Translations under genes and position numbers: made by a program
In this document: positions 48,189-56,554 of the stretch, in pieces
Numbering within the stretch: the first letter of the stretch is position 1
How the letters are laid out: each line of letters opens with the position of its first letter
DNA from: a virus
Strand: one strand, 5' to 3'
Virus record (IMG/VR): IMGVR_UViG_3300020419_000013
Span: 3,103 to 67,102 of that record
DNA length: 64,000 nucleotides
Notes under the pieces: generated by a model
Told to the model about the DNA's origin: nothing
Seen by the model: the letters and a program-made list of their open reading frames with translations, nothing else
Databases searched by the model: none

Positions 48189-48849
48189 TCCATATCCATT
48201 CATACTTAAATCACAATATAATCTCTCAGATATATGGAAAGATATCAAGGGAGAGACAGATATCTTTTTGGATTTTATTGAGAGTCCAGACTCTACATAT
48301 AAAAACTCAGCACTAGAGAAGGGGGGCACATCATCCGTGGGTAGATGTAGAGTTGACCCACCACACGGATGGAAAATTTTTAGTGACCTTACTAACAATC
48401 ATATCCCTAGTGTAGTAGATCAAATTTGGGACATGTGGTCACTTAAAGGTGTCTATCGTAATATGACTGAGAGTTGGATTAATAGACACCCACCCAAGGC
48501 AACAACCTTAGAGCATCATCATCACAATGTAACCGTTGCAATCGTTGCATACTTAGATGTGCCAGAAGACAGTGGTAACCTGCAAATTCTTAACCCTTTG
48601 CATACATTTAAGTATGCAGAACCAGTAGATGATGGATATGAAATGCCTAGACAAGATCACTGGATTGAGATACCAGTTAAGACAAATGATATAGTATATT
48701 TTCCTGGTTGGTTAAAGCATAGGACAGGAGCAAACAACAGTGATACCAATCGATATGTATTAACTATGAATGTCACAGCATATGAAATGACTAACATAGA
48801 TAGAGGTGGATATGATGAGTTTAATAATACTATTGGTTTTATAGAATGA
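48136..48849 (+). CDS. 2OG-Fe(II) oxygenase-like protein (TIGR02466 type); start uncertain
   Basis: SWIN, EHHHH, YLDVPEDSG, FPGWLKHRT, RYVLTMN. Confidence 0.85.
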   Translation: MLTALPDQSIGNGITSINPYPFILKSQYNLSDIWKDIKGETDIFLDFIESPDSTYKNSALEKGGTSSVGRCRVDPPHGWKIFSDLTNNHIPSVVDQIWDMWSLKGVYRNMTESWINRHPPKATTLEHHHHNVTVAIVAYLDVPEDSGNLQILNPLHTFKYAEPVDDGYEMPRQDHWIEIPVKTNDIVYFPGWLKHRTGANNSDTNRYVLTMNVTAYEMTNIDRGGYDEFNNTIGFIE

Positions 48850-49559
48850 AGCATCCATTAATTAAAATATATGATACTGACATACTGGACGATGATATTT
48901 GTCGTCAAGCGATTGAGTTACCTTATTATCATGGACGCCAAGATTTGCCTGCACCTAATCTGGAAGAGGTAGATCTTAGAGGGACATACTACACACATGA
49001 TTTCTATAGTGTAGATCATCATGGAAGTAAACCTTTCGATCAATGCTCAGGTCATCATCTATATCAATGGGTGTTAGATAGACTCGAAGTTTGCTCACAT
49101 GTGCCCGTACCTGCTCGTGATACGTTATACAGTGCATATATGAATGTATTGAAACATGGTGATGCACCTCGTATACATTGCGATGCACCGTCATGGGTTG
49201 ATAATCAATGCACTATGATAGTATATTTTAATCAGAAGTGGAATCCTAACTTTGGAGGTGAAACTATATTCTATGATGACCAGTTAGATATTGTGCACGC
49301 AGTCGTCCCAAAACCAGGTAGAGTGGTCATTTTCGATGGTAGGATACCACACTCAGGACGCACACCAACACCCTATTTCTTATGGAATAGATATATGATG
49401 GCATTCAAGTTTATGGGTAAAGAGGTGAGGAATGAGTTACTTGACTGGGGAAGTAAGAATCACCCATATAAAGATGATGACATGGGTATAGCAGGATTTA
49501 GTCCTAGTAAAGTCAAGGAGTTAATGTATGAGCAAACCCTGTTATTCTGGACAAAATAA
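48846..49559 (+). CDS. 2OG-Fe(II) oxygenase, prolyl-4-hydroxylase-like
   Basis: IHCD, WNPNFGGET, PKPGRVVIFDGRIPHSG. Confidence 0.88.
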   Translation: MKHPLIKIYDTDILDDDICRQAIELPYYHGRQDLPAPNLEEVDLRGTYYTHDFYSVDHHGSKPFDQCSGHHLYQWVLDRLEVCSHVPVPARDTLYSAYMNVLKHGDAPRIHCDAPSWVDNQCTMIVYFNQKWNPNFGGETIFYDDQLDIVHAVVPKPGRVVIFDGRIPHSGRTPTPYFLWNRYMMAFKFMGKEVRNELLDWGSKNHPYKDDDMGIAGFSPSKVKELMYEQTLLFWTK

Positions 49560-49599
49560 GTATCAGATTATATAATAAATACTGTTACTAGTGGGGACT

Positions 49600-49782
49600 A
49601 TGATGTTTGCTAAAGATGCTATTCTAACAGACAGCGAGAAGAATCTCGTAAGGAAGTGCTTGTTTTTATATCAAGCAAAACTTTGGAAGGACGTGGGTAA
49701 TATTACAGCGAAGGATAAAGATCTTTTAAAAAATATTATTGATAAACTACATTTAACACATGACCATCCCACTTATTATTAG
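49600..49782 (+). CDS. Hypothetical protein
   Basis: Short ORF after ATAAATA(49575). Confidence 0.6.
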   Translation: MMFAKDAILTDSEKNLVRKCLFLYQAKLWKDVGNITAKDKDLLKNIIDKLHLTHDHPTYY

Positions 49783-50086
49783 CAATGCAGATAGAATCGA
49801 ATTACGAAACATTATGAAGCACTTGCAAGTGGGACATAAAGCAAAGTTTGGTGACATGGAAGGCACCATCGAATTTGTTTGTGATGACTACATCACCATA
49901 TGTGTAGGTAAGAAATTAAATCCAGAGGGAGCAAGAAGAAAATATAATAAATGTTGTTTATGTGTCTATAGACAAGACTGGGAAAATGTAGAAGTTGAAG
50001 CAATAAAACAATATGGTAAATCATACACTGGTAAAATTGATGACCATCCTGGAAATGATATGTTACCAGAGGTTGACAAGAGATAA
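49760..50086 (+). CDS. Hypothetical protein
   Basis: GTIEFVCDDYITICV motif. Confidence 0.7.
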   Translation: MTIPLIISNADRIELRNIMKHLQVGHKAKFGDMEGTIEFVCDDYITICVGKKLNPEGARRKYNKCCLCVYRQDWENVEVEAIKQYGKSYTGKIDDHPGNDMLPEVDKR

Positions 50087-50141
50087 TAGTATGTTATAAT
50101 AATTATGGCGAAACAACATTTTTATTATGTTTGTTTCGTCC
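50073..50141 (+). promoter_or_regulatory. Sigma70 promoter followed by a hairpin
   Basis: TTGACA-N16-TATAAT; GGCGAAACAACAT/ATGTTTGTTTCGTCC stem. Confidence 0.55.
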
Positions 50142-50150
50142 CACCTATAT

Positions 50151-50206
50151 GTGCCAATTAAATAACTGACCTAGGGGTGCACAGCACCCCATTTTTATGC
50201 TATAAT
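50151..50206 (+). promoter_or_regulatory. Early promoter cassette, copy 1 (degenerate)
   Basis: GTGCCAAT...ACTGAC, CACAGC-N15-TATAAT. Confidence 0.65.
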
Positions 50207-50227
50207 GAGTCTAACGACACAAATACA

Positions 50228-51487
50228 TTGATTACACTTCGCCCACATCAGCAGAGATCACTCGATGCTATGGACAAAGCAAATAAAGGTCAGATCATCG
50301 TCCCTACTGGTGGTGGTAAGACATTCATAATGATACAGCACGCTAAGAAACTATTGAATACTACAGACATGTATCTCAATAGACCTAAGCATATTGTTGT
50401 AGTTGCACCTCGTATATTACTTGCTCAGCAGTTATGTGACGATTTCATGGAGCAGATCAATGGACGTGTATGTCATGCTCACTCAGGTGAGACACATTAC
50501 TACAGCACTACAAAGAGTGACCAGATCGCCAACTTCATCGAAGGATGTCGTTGTTTACATGAGAATGCTATTATATTCACTACATATCACTCATTACACA
50601 AAGTATTGGATGCTGATTTCGATATTGATGCTATCTATTTCGATGAAGCACACAACAGTGTAACAAGAGGATTCTTTCCTAAAGCGATGGATGCATCACA
50701 AACAGCAAAGAAGTGTTACTTTTTTACAGCAACACCTCGTAGTGCTCGTAAGCAAGAAGGAATATTTACTCGTGGTATGAATAATAAGCACGTTTATGGC
50801 GAAGTGTTAGAGTCGGTGCCTGCACCTGAGTTAATCAGCAACGGTAGTATTGTATCACCCACTATTGTGCCATTTAACAGTGACCGCTCTTTAACTAAAG
50901 AGAATATGCACGAGACACACACCGATACAGTTACCGAGATACTTGACACACTTGACGAAGATCACGCTAGTAAGGTATTGATCGCAGTGCCTAGCAGTAG
51001 ACAGTTAGGTAATATGATAGGTCATACTACATTACTATCTCAGTTGAGACTCAGAGGTTATGACTATTTGCATGTTACATCAAAGTATGGTGCATATGTC
51101 AATGACCAGAAAGTAAACAGAGAAGTATTCATGGACACCCTTGCGAAGTGGGGACGTGATGATAGCAAGAAGTTTGTTGTTATGCACTACAGTATTCTAT
51201 CTGAAGGTATTAACGTCCACGGTTTAACCCATTGCATTCTATTGAGAAATCTTAATATTGTTGCTATGGCACAAACAATAGGTAGAGTAATCAGGATGCA
51301 TAAGGACGATGCTAGAGGAATTGCCGAGGGACGTATTCCTGCAGGTGCATGTCAGTTTTACAAAAAACCAACTGGTTATGTAACAGTCCCTATTCATAAC
51401 AACTATGGTCAAGCAGTAGTCAAGAGATTACAAAGAGTTGTAGATGAAATCTTTATTCAAGGAGTAGCACCCACCGCACTAATTTAA
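50228..51487 (+). CDS. SF2 DEAH helicase (ResIII-like)
   Basis: PTGGGKT, DEAH, TATP, SEGINV, QTIGRVIR. TTG start at 50228 chosen because 50177 lies upstream of the -10 box. Confidence 0.9.
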   Translation: MITLRPHQQRSLDAMDKANKGQIIVPTGGGKTFIMIQHAKKLLNTTDMYLNRPKHIVVVAPRILLAQQLCDDFMEQINGRVCHAHSGETHYYSTTKSDQIANFIEGCRCLHENAIIFTTYHSLHKVLDADFDIDAIYFDEAHNSVTRGFFPKAMDASQTAKKCYFFTATPRSARKQEGIFTRGMNNKHVYGEVLESVPAPELISNGSIVSPTIVPFNSDRSLTKENMHETHTDTVTEILDTLDEDHASKVLIAVPSSRQLGNMIGHTTLLSQLRLRGYDYLHVTSKYGAYVNDQKVNREVFMDTLAKWGRDDSKKFVVMHYSILSEGINVHGLTHCILLRNLNIVAMAQTIGRVIRMHKDDARGIAEGRIPAGACQFYKKPTGYVTVPIHNNYGQAVVKRLQRVVDEIFIQGVAPTALI

Positions 51488-51489
51488 TT

Positions 51490-51651
51490 ATGAAAAGGTA
51501 TCAAATCAAATCCAAGTGGTATTACATATTCTGGGGAATAGCAACTGTATCAGTCGTTACTGGTCAGGTGTTAGTCGCACAAGGTTATCACCGTATGAGT
51601 GTGTCAGTTGAGAAACTGACCACTATCTTACACTACCGCATGGTAAACTAG
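51490..51651 (+). CDS. 53-aa membrane protein
   Basis: MKRYQIKSKWYYIFWGIATVSVVTGQV... Confidence 0.6.
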   Translation: MKRYQIKSKWYYIFWGIATVSVVTGQVLVAQGYHRMSVSVEKLTTILHYRMVN

Positions 51652-51657
51652 TATAAT
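51601..51657 (+). promoter_or_regulatory. Early promoter cassette, copy 2
   Basis: GTGTCAGT-N6-ACTGACCA...CACTAC-N15-TATAAT. Confidence 0.8.
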
Positions 51658-51681
51658 AAGAATATACGAAACACAAACACA

Positions 51682-52290
51682 ATGCAAACATCTAATCAAG
51701 ACCTATCATCAGCACTATCTAAGATCATTCCAGTTGCTATTAAACTCACTGAGCAACGTGTAGCAAAGATGCTAGAGATCGGTAGTGGTGGTAAAAAACC
51801 AGACCTAGATTCATTCTTTGGTGCTGACAATACAGTTGACAAGACTAAGTTTCTAGCAAACATCTTTAACCCTGCACTAGAGGACTCAGCAAAACAGTTA
51901 GGTGTTGACTACATCACCGAGGAAACAGTTGGTTACGATGCTATTCTATTAGATGAAGAGATCGAAAACAAAATGTCACTAGGTAGTAGCACATCATCAT
52001 TCGCTACTGGTAACAATCATAGTAAGACTAAGGTTGACAAGATATTTTGCATCAAGTTTACACAGAATGAGAATTCTTTCCCAAGTGTATTTGCATGTAT
52101 TGTTGACTTATCTCTTAAACAGAATGAAGCAACTGGATGGACAGATTCAGTTACAAAGACTGGTAAAAACAACAATGGATTCTCTACTCTTAGAATTCAT
52201 AACGAAGACAGAATGTGTGTAACACCTATCTTTGGTAACGTAAGACGCACTCAAAAGTTTATCCACACAGTATATGAAGATATCAAGTAA
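51682..52290 (+). CDS. Putative PD-(D/E)xK (restriction-like) endonuclease
   Basis: GYDAILLDEEIENKMS = D-x8-E-x-K; overlaps the downstream MTase by 17 nt. Confidence 0.45.
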   Translation: MQTSNQDLSSALSKIIPVAIKLTEQRVAKMLEIGSGGKKPDLDSFFGADNTVDKTKFLANIFNPALEDSAKQLGVDYITEETVGYDAILLDEEIENKMSLGSSTSSFATGNNHSKTKVDKIFCIKFTQNENSFPSVFACIVDLSLKQNEATGWTDSVTKTGKNNNGFSTLRIHNEDRMCVTPIFGNVRRTQKFIHTVYEDIK

Positions 52291-53134
52291 TAACACATAC
52301 CTAATGAGTTGTATAGATGGTATGCAACTCATGGATGAGCAGTCAGTTGACCTAGTAGTCACTTCACCACCATACGATGATCTCAGGACATACAACGATA
52401 GCAGTAAGTGGGACTTTAATGTCTTTAAAGAAGTTGCTAAGGGATTGACCAGAGTATTAAAAGATGGTGGTGTTATCATGTGGAATGTTAATGACGCTAC
52501 AATTAAGGGATCGGAGACTGGATCGAGTTTTAGACAGTGTTTGCATTTCGTAGATGAATGTGGTTTAAGATTACATGACACAATGATATATGAGAAAACA
52601 GGCACCGCTTTCGCTAGTGGTGTTAAGTCAGTAAGATATACTCAGGTGTTTGAGTATTGTTTCATACTATCCAAGGGTAGACCCAAGAGTATTAACCTTA
52701 TTCAAGATAAGAAAAACAAGTGGGCAGGGATAACATCATGGGGCAATGCTACATCACGCAATAAGGATGGGACAACGAATGACCCTAATCGAAAAAGCAA
52801 TGCAATCAAGGAGTGGGGAGTAAGGACAAACATATGGAGGATTAAAAACAGTGGTGGTTTTGGACAATCGTCTAAAGCATCATATAAACATCCTGCTACA
52901 ATGCCAGAAGAGTTAGCACGAGGTCACATTAAAACGTGGTCAAGTGTTAACGATGTAGTGCTAGACCCATTCATGGGTGCAGGCACTACCGCTCAGGTTG
53001 CAATGGAAGAGAATAGACAATACATAGGTTTTGAGATTGATAAAACATATCACAAAATGTGTGTTGACAGAATGCTACCATTCAAAGATAACGTATTAAC
53101 TAGACTATTACTTGAGGATTTAGACCATTGTTAA
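52274..53134 (+). CDS. Beta-class N4-cytosine/N6-adenine DNA methyltransferase
   Basis: TSPPY motif IV, HPATMP, DPFMGAGTT motif I. Confidence 0.93.
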   Translation: MKISSNNTYLMSCIDGMQLMDEQSVDLVVTSPPYDDLRTYNDSSKWDFNVFKEVAKGLTRVLKDGGVIMWNVNDATIKGSETGSSFRQCLHFVDECGLRLHDTMIYEKTGTAFASGVKSVRYTQVFEYCFILSKGRPKSINLIQDKKNKWAGITSWGNATSRNKDGTTNDPNRKSNAIKEWGVRTNIWRIKNSGGFGQSSKASYKHPATMPEELARGHIKTWSSVNDVVLDPFMGAGTTAQVAMEENRQYIGFEIDKTYHKMCVDRMLPFKDNVLTRLLLEDLDHC

Positions 53135-53346
53135 GAAACAGAGCACTAGTGGTGCCCAAATCTAATAAGGCACAACAGATATTCAACAAATATCTTAATA
53201 ATAAGAATGAGGTAATTGTTGAAGAGATCAGGGGAAACAGAGTATTTTGCTCAGCACCCGACTATCCCGACTTTTGGTTTTGGGTTGACAGACTAGAAGG
53301 TGGGGATGATAACTGGCAGATTCAACTATTAAACAATCGATTATGA
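53128..53346 (+). CDS. Hypothetical protein
   Basis: VVPKSNKAQ...FWFWV. Confidence 0.65.
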   Translation: MLRNRALVVPKSNKAQQIFNKYLNNKNEVIVEEIRGNRVFCSAPDYPDFWFWVDRLEGGDDNWQIQLLNNRL

Positions 53347-53558
53347 CTAATTTAATTGATAAGAATGACCCATTATGGTTTGCACAAACAAGTAATAAAC
53401 CATATGATAGGCACCATTATAAAGTAATATCCAAATCAGGTGAGACAAATGTGTTGACTTCCTATGATGAGGTGATCGAGACATGGTGGAATAAACGTCA
53501 TTTTATAGATAGAATTGAAGTAATTGACAAACCAAAAAAGAGGGGTAAAGGTTTTTGA
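53343..53558 (+). CDS. Conserved cyanophage hypothetical protein
   Basis: PYDRHHYK; C-terminal GKGF. Confidence 0.75.
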   Translation: MTNLIDKNDPLWFAQTSNKPYDRHHYKVISKSGETNVLTSYDEVIETWWNKRHFIDRIEVIDKPKKRGKGF

Positions 53559-54091
53559 TTGAAGTTGTTAGTGGGTTATTTCCTGACTGGTTAGTAGATC
53601 AGACAGCACAAAAACTCAGTGAGTATCCTATACGATGGACAAATAGTCCATACGCATGTTATGATAAGGCACGATTCTTTGGCACAATGGTAGTCAGAAA
53701 TGGTGAATTTATTGGTGCCGAGGATTCATGGTTTATAAAATACTTTAATGCTATGATGGAGCACCGACTACAGGCACATACATTAAGGACACTATTAAAT
53801 GTGCAATTTAATAATATGGACAGTCAGATACACAACGATGGTGACGTCAACAGTCTAGTGTCAGTTGTGTATCATGTAGCAGGCACCGATGGTGATACAG
53901 TATTTTACAATAGTGCAAACGAGGAAATTAAAAGAGTCCCTTTTAATATGGGTCAAGCGATTATTTTCCCATCGCACATTTATCACATGGGACTACCACC
54001 CAAGAGTGGCATACGAGTGACCCTAGGGTCAATCTATGATGTGGCAGATCAACAAGTGGCACAAGACACCACTCTACGACTAGTAGCATAG
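53555..54091 (+). CDS. 2OG-Fe(II) oxygenase
   Basis: IHND, DGDTVF, FPSHIYHMGLPP, RVT. Confidence 0.82.
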   Translation: MIEVVSGLFPDWLVDQTAQKLSEYPIRWTNSPYACYDKARFFGTMVVRNGEFIGAEDSWFIKYFNAMMEHRLQAHTLRTLLNVQFNNMDSQIHNDGDVNSLVSVVYHVAGTDGDTVFYNSANEEIKRVPFNMGQAIIFPSHIYHMGLPPKSGIRVTLGSIYDVADQQVAQDTTLRLVA

Positions 54092-54099
54092 TCTATAAT
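54041..54099 (+). promoter_or_regulatory. Early promoter cassette, copy 3 (degenerate)
   Basis: GTGGCAGA-N6-AGTGGCAC-N9-CTCTAC-N16-TATAAT. Confidence 0.7.
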
Positions 54100-54171
54100 A
54101 TTAGTAAGCAAGAATGCTAACATTCAAAAGTGCTTAGGGATACCTTTCTTGCTTTCTCTATTTTTTATATT

Positions 54172-54318
54172 ATGCAAAACGTCCCATTTTATGACTTTCC
54201 ACAGTCACCAATTTTGATTATTGGATTCTTTGGTATTTTAACAGCACTCATAGTATTATATGTTGCTAATAACAAATACTTTAATTCACCTTTTAACGAG
54301 GACAACAATGCCAAGTAA
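54172..54318 (+). CDS. Small membrane protein
   Basis: MQNVPFYDFPQSPILIIGFFG...YFNSPFN. Confidence 0.65.
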   Translation: MQNVPFYDFPQSPILIIGFFGILTALIVLYVANNKYFNSPFNEDNNAK

Positions 54319-54523
54319 TCAAATTGAATTCGCAATCTCATCTATGAGATATATTTACATGAAAAACATCGAAAGACATGTAGATGACAATAATATAGGT
54401 AACAGTGATGCTATCTTTCAAGAGTATATCATAGATAATAAAGACCCCGAGGAATTAGATTATGAATGGATGTATTTACCCGATCTCAATGACCAACAAG
54501 AAGACATATCACATATACTTTGA
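54308..54523 (+). CDS. Hypothetical protein
   Basis: GAGGA RBS before ATG 54308. Confidence 0.6.
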   Translation: MPSNQIEFAISSMRYIYMKNIERHVDDNNIGNSDAIFQEYIIDNKDPEELDYEWMYLPDLNDQQEDISHIL

Positions 54524-54668
54524 AGATAAATGTATCTTTAAAGATTTAGACCAAGATGAATTCGATCTGATTTGGGGACGAATTTATAGGTCATATCATA
54601 CTCACTCACTATCATATAGTATGGTGAGCGATTTGCCCGATAGTGCTCTCGTAGAATCATCGTTTTAA
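54489..54668 (+). CDS. Conserved cyanophage hypothetical protein
   Basis: YHIYFEDKCIFKDL...EF..IW. Confidence 0.7.
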   Translation: MTNKKTYHIYFEDKCIFKDLDQDEFDLIWGRIYRSYHTHSLSYSMVSDLPDSALVESSF

Positions 54669-54672
54669 AACT

Positions 54673-54909
54673 ATGGACAACAAACTAAACTACACTGAAA
54701 TACGCAAATACTTCTCAACGAATGAGTGGCGATATATTTCAGAAGTAATTGATCGAGAGACTCATGACTTCGGACACACTGATATAAGTAGATCAGTGAC
54801 TAGTAAGATCGATAAATTAAATCTAGATCAATGGGACAACCTTAGAGAAGAGAATACAATAATTGAATCATACTACAGACAACTCAATGACAAAGATCAA
54901 GGTAATTGA
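54673..54909 (+). CDS. Hypothetical protein
   Basis: 78-aa ORF in the operon. Confidence 0.6.
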   Translation: MDNKLNYTEIRKYFSTNEWRYISEVIDRETHDFGHTDISRSVTSKIDKLNLDQWDNLREENTIIESYYRQLNDKDQGN

Positions 54910-54911
54910 CT

Positions 54912-55055
54912 ATGAAAGCATATGCATTATACATTCTAATCGGTATTGTTTTTTTAACTCTCATCCGTGGCACTCTACAGATTGATAGGAGTGAAAGAAA
55001 CAATCGATTATATGAGGAATTATGTAAGGTTGACAAGGATTATTGTGCCAGTTAG
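54912..55055 (+). CDS. 47-aa membrane protein
   Basis: MKAYALYILIGIVFLTLIRG...LCKVDKDYCAS. Confidence 0.55.
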   Translation: MKAYALYILIGIVFLTLIRGTLQIDRSERNNRLYEELCKVDKDYCAS

Positions 55056-55102
55056 ATTACTGTCACACATGAGCACACTACGGTGTGCTTTTTTGTTATT
55101 AT
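55045..55102 (+). promoter_or_regulatory. Early promoter cassette, copy 4
   Basis: GTGCCAGT-N6-ACTGTCAC-N9-CACTAC-N15-TATTAT. Confidence 0.82.
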
Positions 55103-55123
55103 ATTAATAGTTAAGAAACACAC

Positions 55124-55387
55124 ATGCACAACTTCAAAGAATTTCTAGACTATTGCGAATCATTCTATAGTCCAGAGCACCCTGACTGTCTGTATCCTAT
55201 CGATGGACTAACAAGACAAGAGTTAGCACTTGCAACTCTCAACGTTTTAGATTTATGTGAAGAAGGCACTCATGTCACATGGGGTGGTGGTGATTCACTA
55301 GACCGTGAGCGTGTAAGAGATCAGGTAATCGAGACTAGAGCAGTTGATTACAACAGAATTCAGAAAATTTTCAAGGAGTATGCATAA
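55124..55387 (+). CDS. Early hypothetical protein
   Basis: FLDYCESFY...GDSLDRERVRD. Confidence 0.75.
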   Translation: MHNFKEFLDYCESFYSPEHPDCLYPIDGLTRQELALATLNVLDLCEEGTHVTWGGGDSLDRERVRDQVIETRAVDYNRIQKIFKEYA

Positions 55388-55563
55388 TGACTATTACAAG
55401 ATCAGACTGTCGTTATTACATCAACGAAATCAAAGACATGGCAAAAAACTTTGATGATAAGACAGAGGAAAAGATTAACCAAAAAGCAAGAAGCATTACA
55501 TCTACAAATTTAAAGAAATTGTATAATGAATTGCTCGAAGAAATTTACGGAGTGAATTACTAA
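55387..55563 (+). CDS. Early hypothetical protein, 58 aa
   Basis: TAATG coupling on both sides. Confidence 0.6.
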   Translation: MTITRSDCRYYINEIKDMAKNFDDKTEEKINQKARSITSTNLKKLYNELLEEIYGVNY

Positions 55564-55757
55564 TGAAAACTCAAGACCCGATCAACTTCCTCGTAGATAT
55601 CTACGAAAATTGGTGTGATGACCAACGTCTACCGCTCATGGATGCCAGTGATTTGCTCGTAGCAGACACTAATGGCGAAGTATACCTACAAGATCATCAT
55701 AAAGAGTGGATACACAATTTTATTGATCTTTGGGATGTAGTGGAGCAAAACTCATGA
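55563..55757 (+). CDS. Early hypothetical protein
   Basis: Coupled acidic ORF. Confidence 0.65.
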   Translation: MKTQDPINFLVDIYENWCDDQRLPLMDASDLLVADTNGEVYLQDHHKEWIHNFIDLWDVVEQNS

Positions 55758-55972
55758 AAACAATTAACTATCAAGTAACAGAAATTGATCTCTACTTATC
55801 TGAAGTTGGAGACGGAGACCCCGATTTGCAATTTACACCCCAAGAGGAATATGTCATGCACCAAAGATGTCTAGGCAGATGGACAGCATACAATGAAGAT
55901 GACCTAAGAAATCGAATATTTGATTTTATTGGTTATCATGCAGAAACACTTAAATACGAGGTAAGATCATGA
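55754..55972 (+). CDS. Early hypothetical protein
   Basis: ATGA-coupled; GRWTAYNEDDL. Confidence 0.65.
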   Translation: MKTINYQVTEIDLYLSEVGDGDPDLQFTPQEEYVMHQRCLGRWTAYNEDDLRNRIFDFIGYHAETLKYEVRS

Positions 55973-56238
55973 ATGCACAAGAATTACACAACGAAGTAGT
56001 TGAAACTTATGTTGACATTACTGTTGACAGAATGACTACAGAAGAGTTAGTGAAGTATGTTAGTGACGATTTACACAGACAATTCACTAAAATGACAGAT
56101 AACGATTTCAAAGAGTATGTATTCAACAATGATGATGAGCACCTCTATGAAGAGTTAAGCGATTATGTCACCGAGGACGATGATACCACAGCACTGTTAA
56201 TGATGCAAGAAATTAAATATGACCGTGAAGTTGATTAA
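55969..56238 (+). CDS. Early acidic hypothetical protein
   Basis: GAGG RBS, coupled. Confidence 0.65.
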   Translation: MNAQELHNEVVETYVDITVDRMTTEELVKYVSDDLHRQFTKMTDNDFKEYVFNNDDEHLYEELSDYVTEDDDTTALLMMQEIKYDREVD

Positions 56239-56287
56239 ATGCCACAATATGCTATAATATAATATAATCACATTAATCCAAATTATT

Positions 56288-56554
56288 ATGAGAAACATTA
56301 CAATCACTTTGAAAATTGAATGCGAAAAGGATGCTGAGATTAATCCATTGCATGTTGCTGAAGAAGTCCAAGCATATTTGGATGCACATTCAACTTATTT
56401 TGACACAGTGACCGAAGACTACCGCACCCCACTTATAAAAGGTTATCTCATGGAGTGGGATAAGTTTACACCTGTTTGTTTTAAAGATAATGATGAAGAC
56501 AGCGAAGACACTGAAGAATATAATGAAGTAGAGGATGCAGCAAGTTACACATGA
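56288..56554 (+). CDS. Acidic hypothetical protein
   Basis: Preceded by TTGATT-N17 and TGcTATAAT at about 56231-56258. Confidence 0.65.
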   Translation: MRNITITLKIECEKDAEINPLHVAEEVQAYLDAHSTYFDTVTEDYRTPLIKGYLMEWDKFTPVCFKDNDEDSEDTEEYNEVEDAASYT

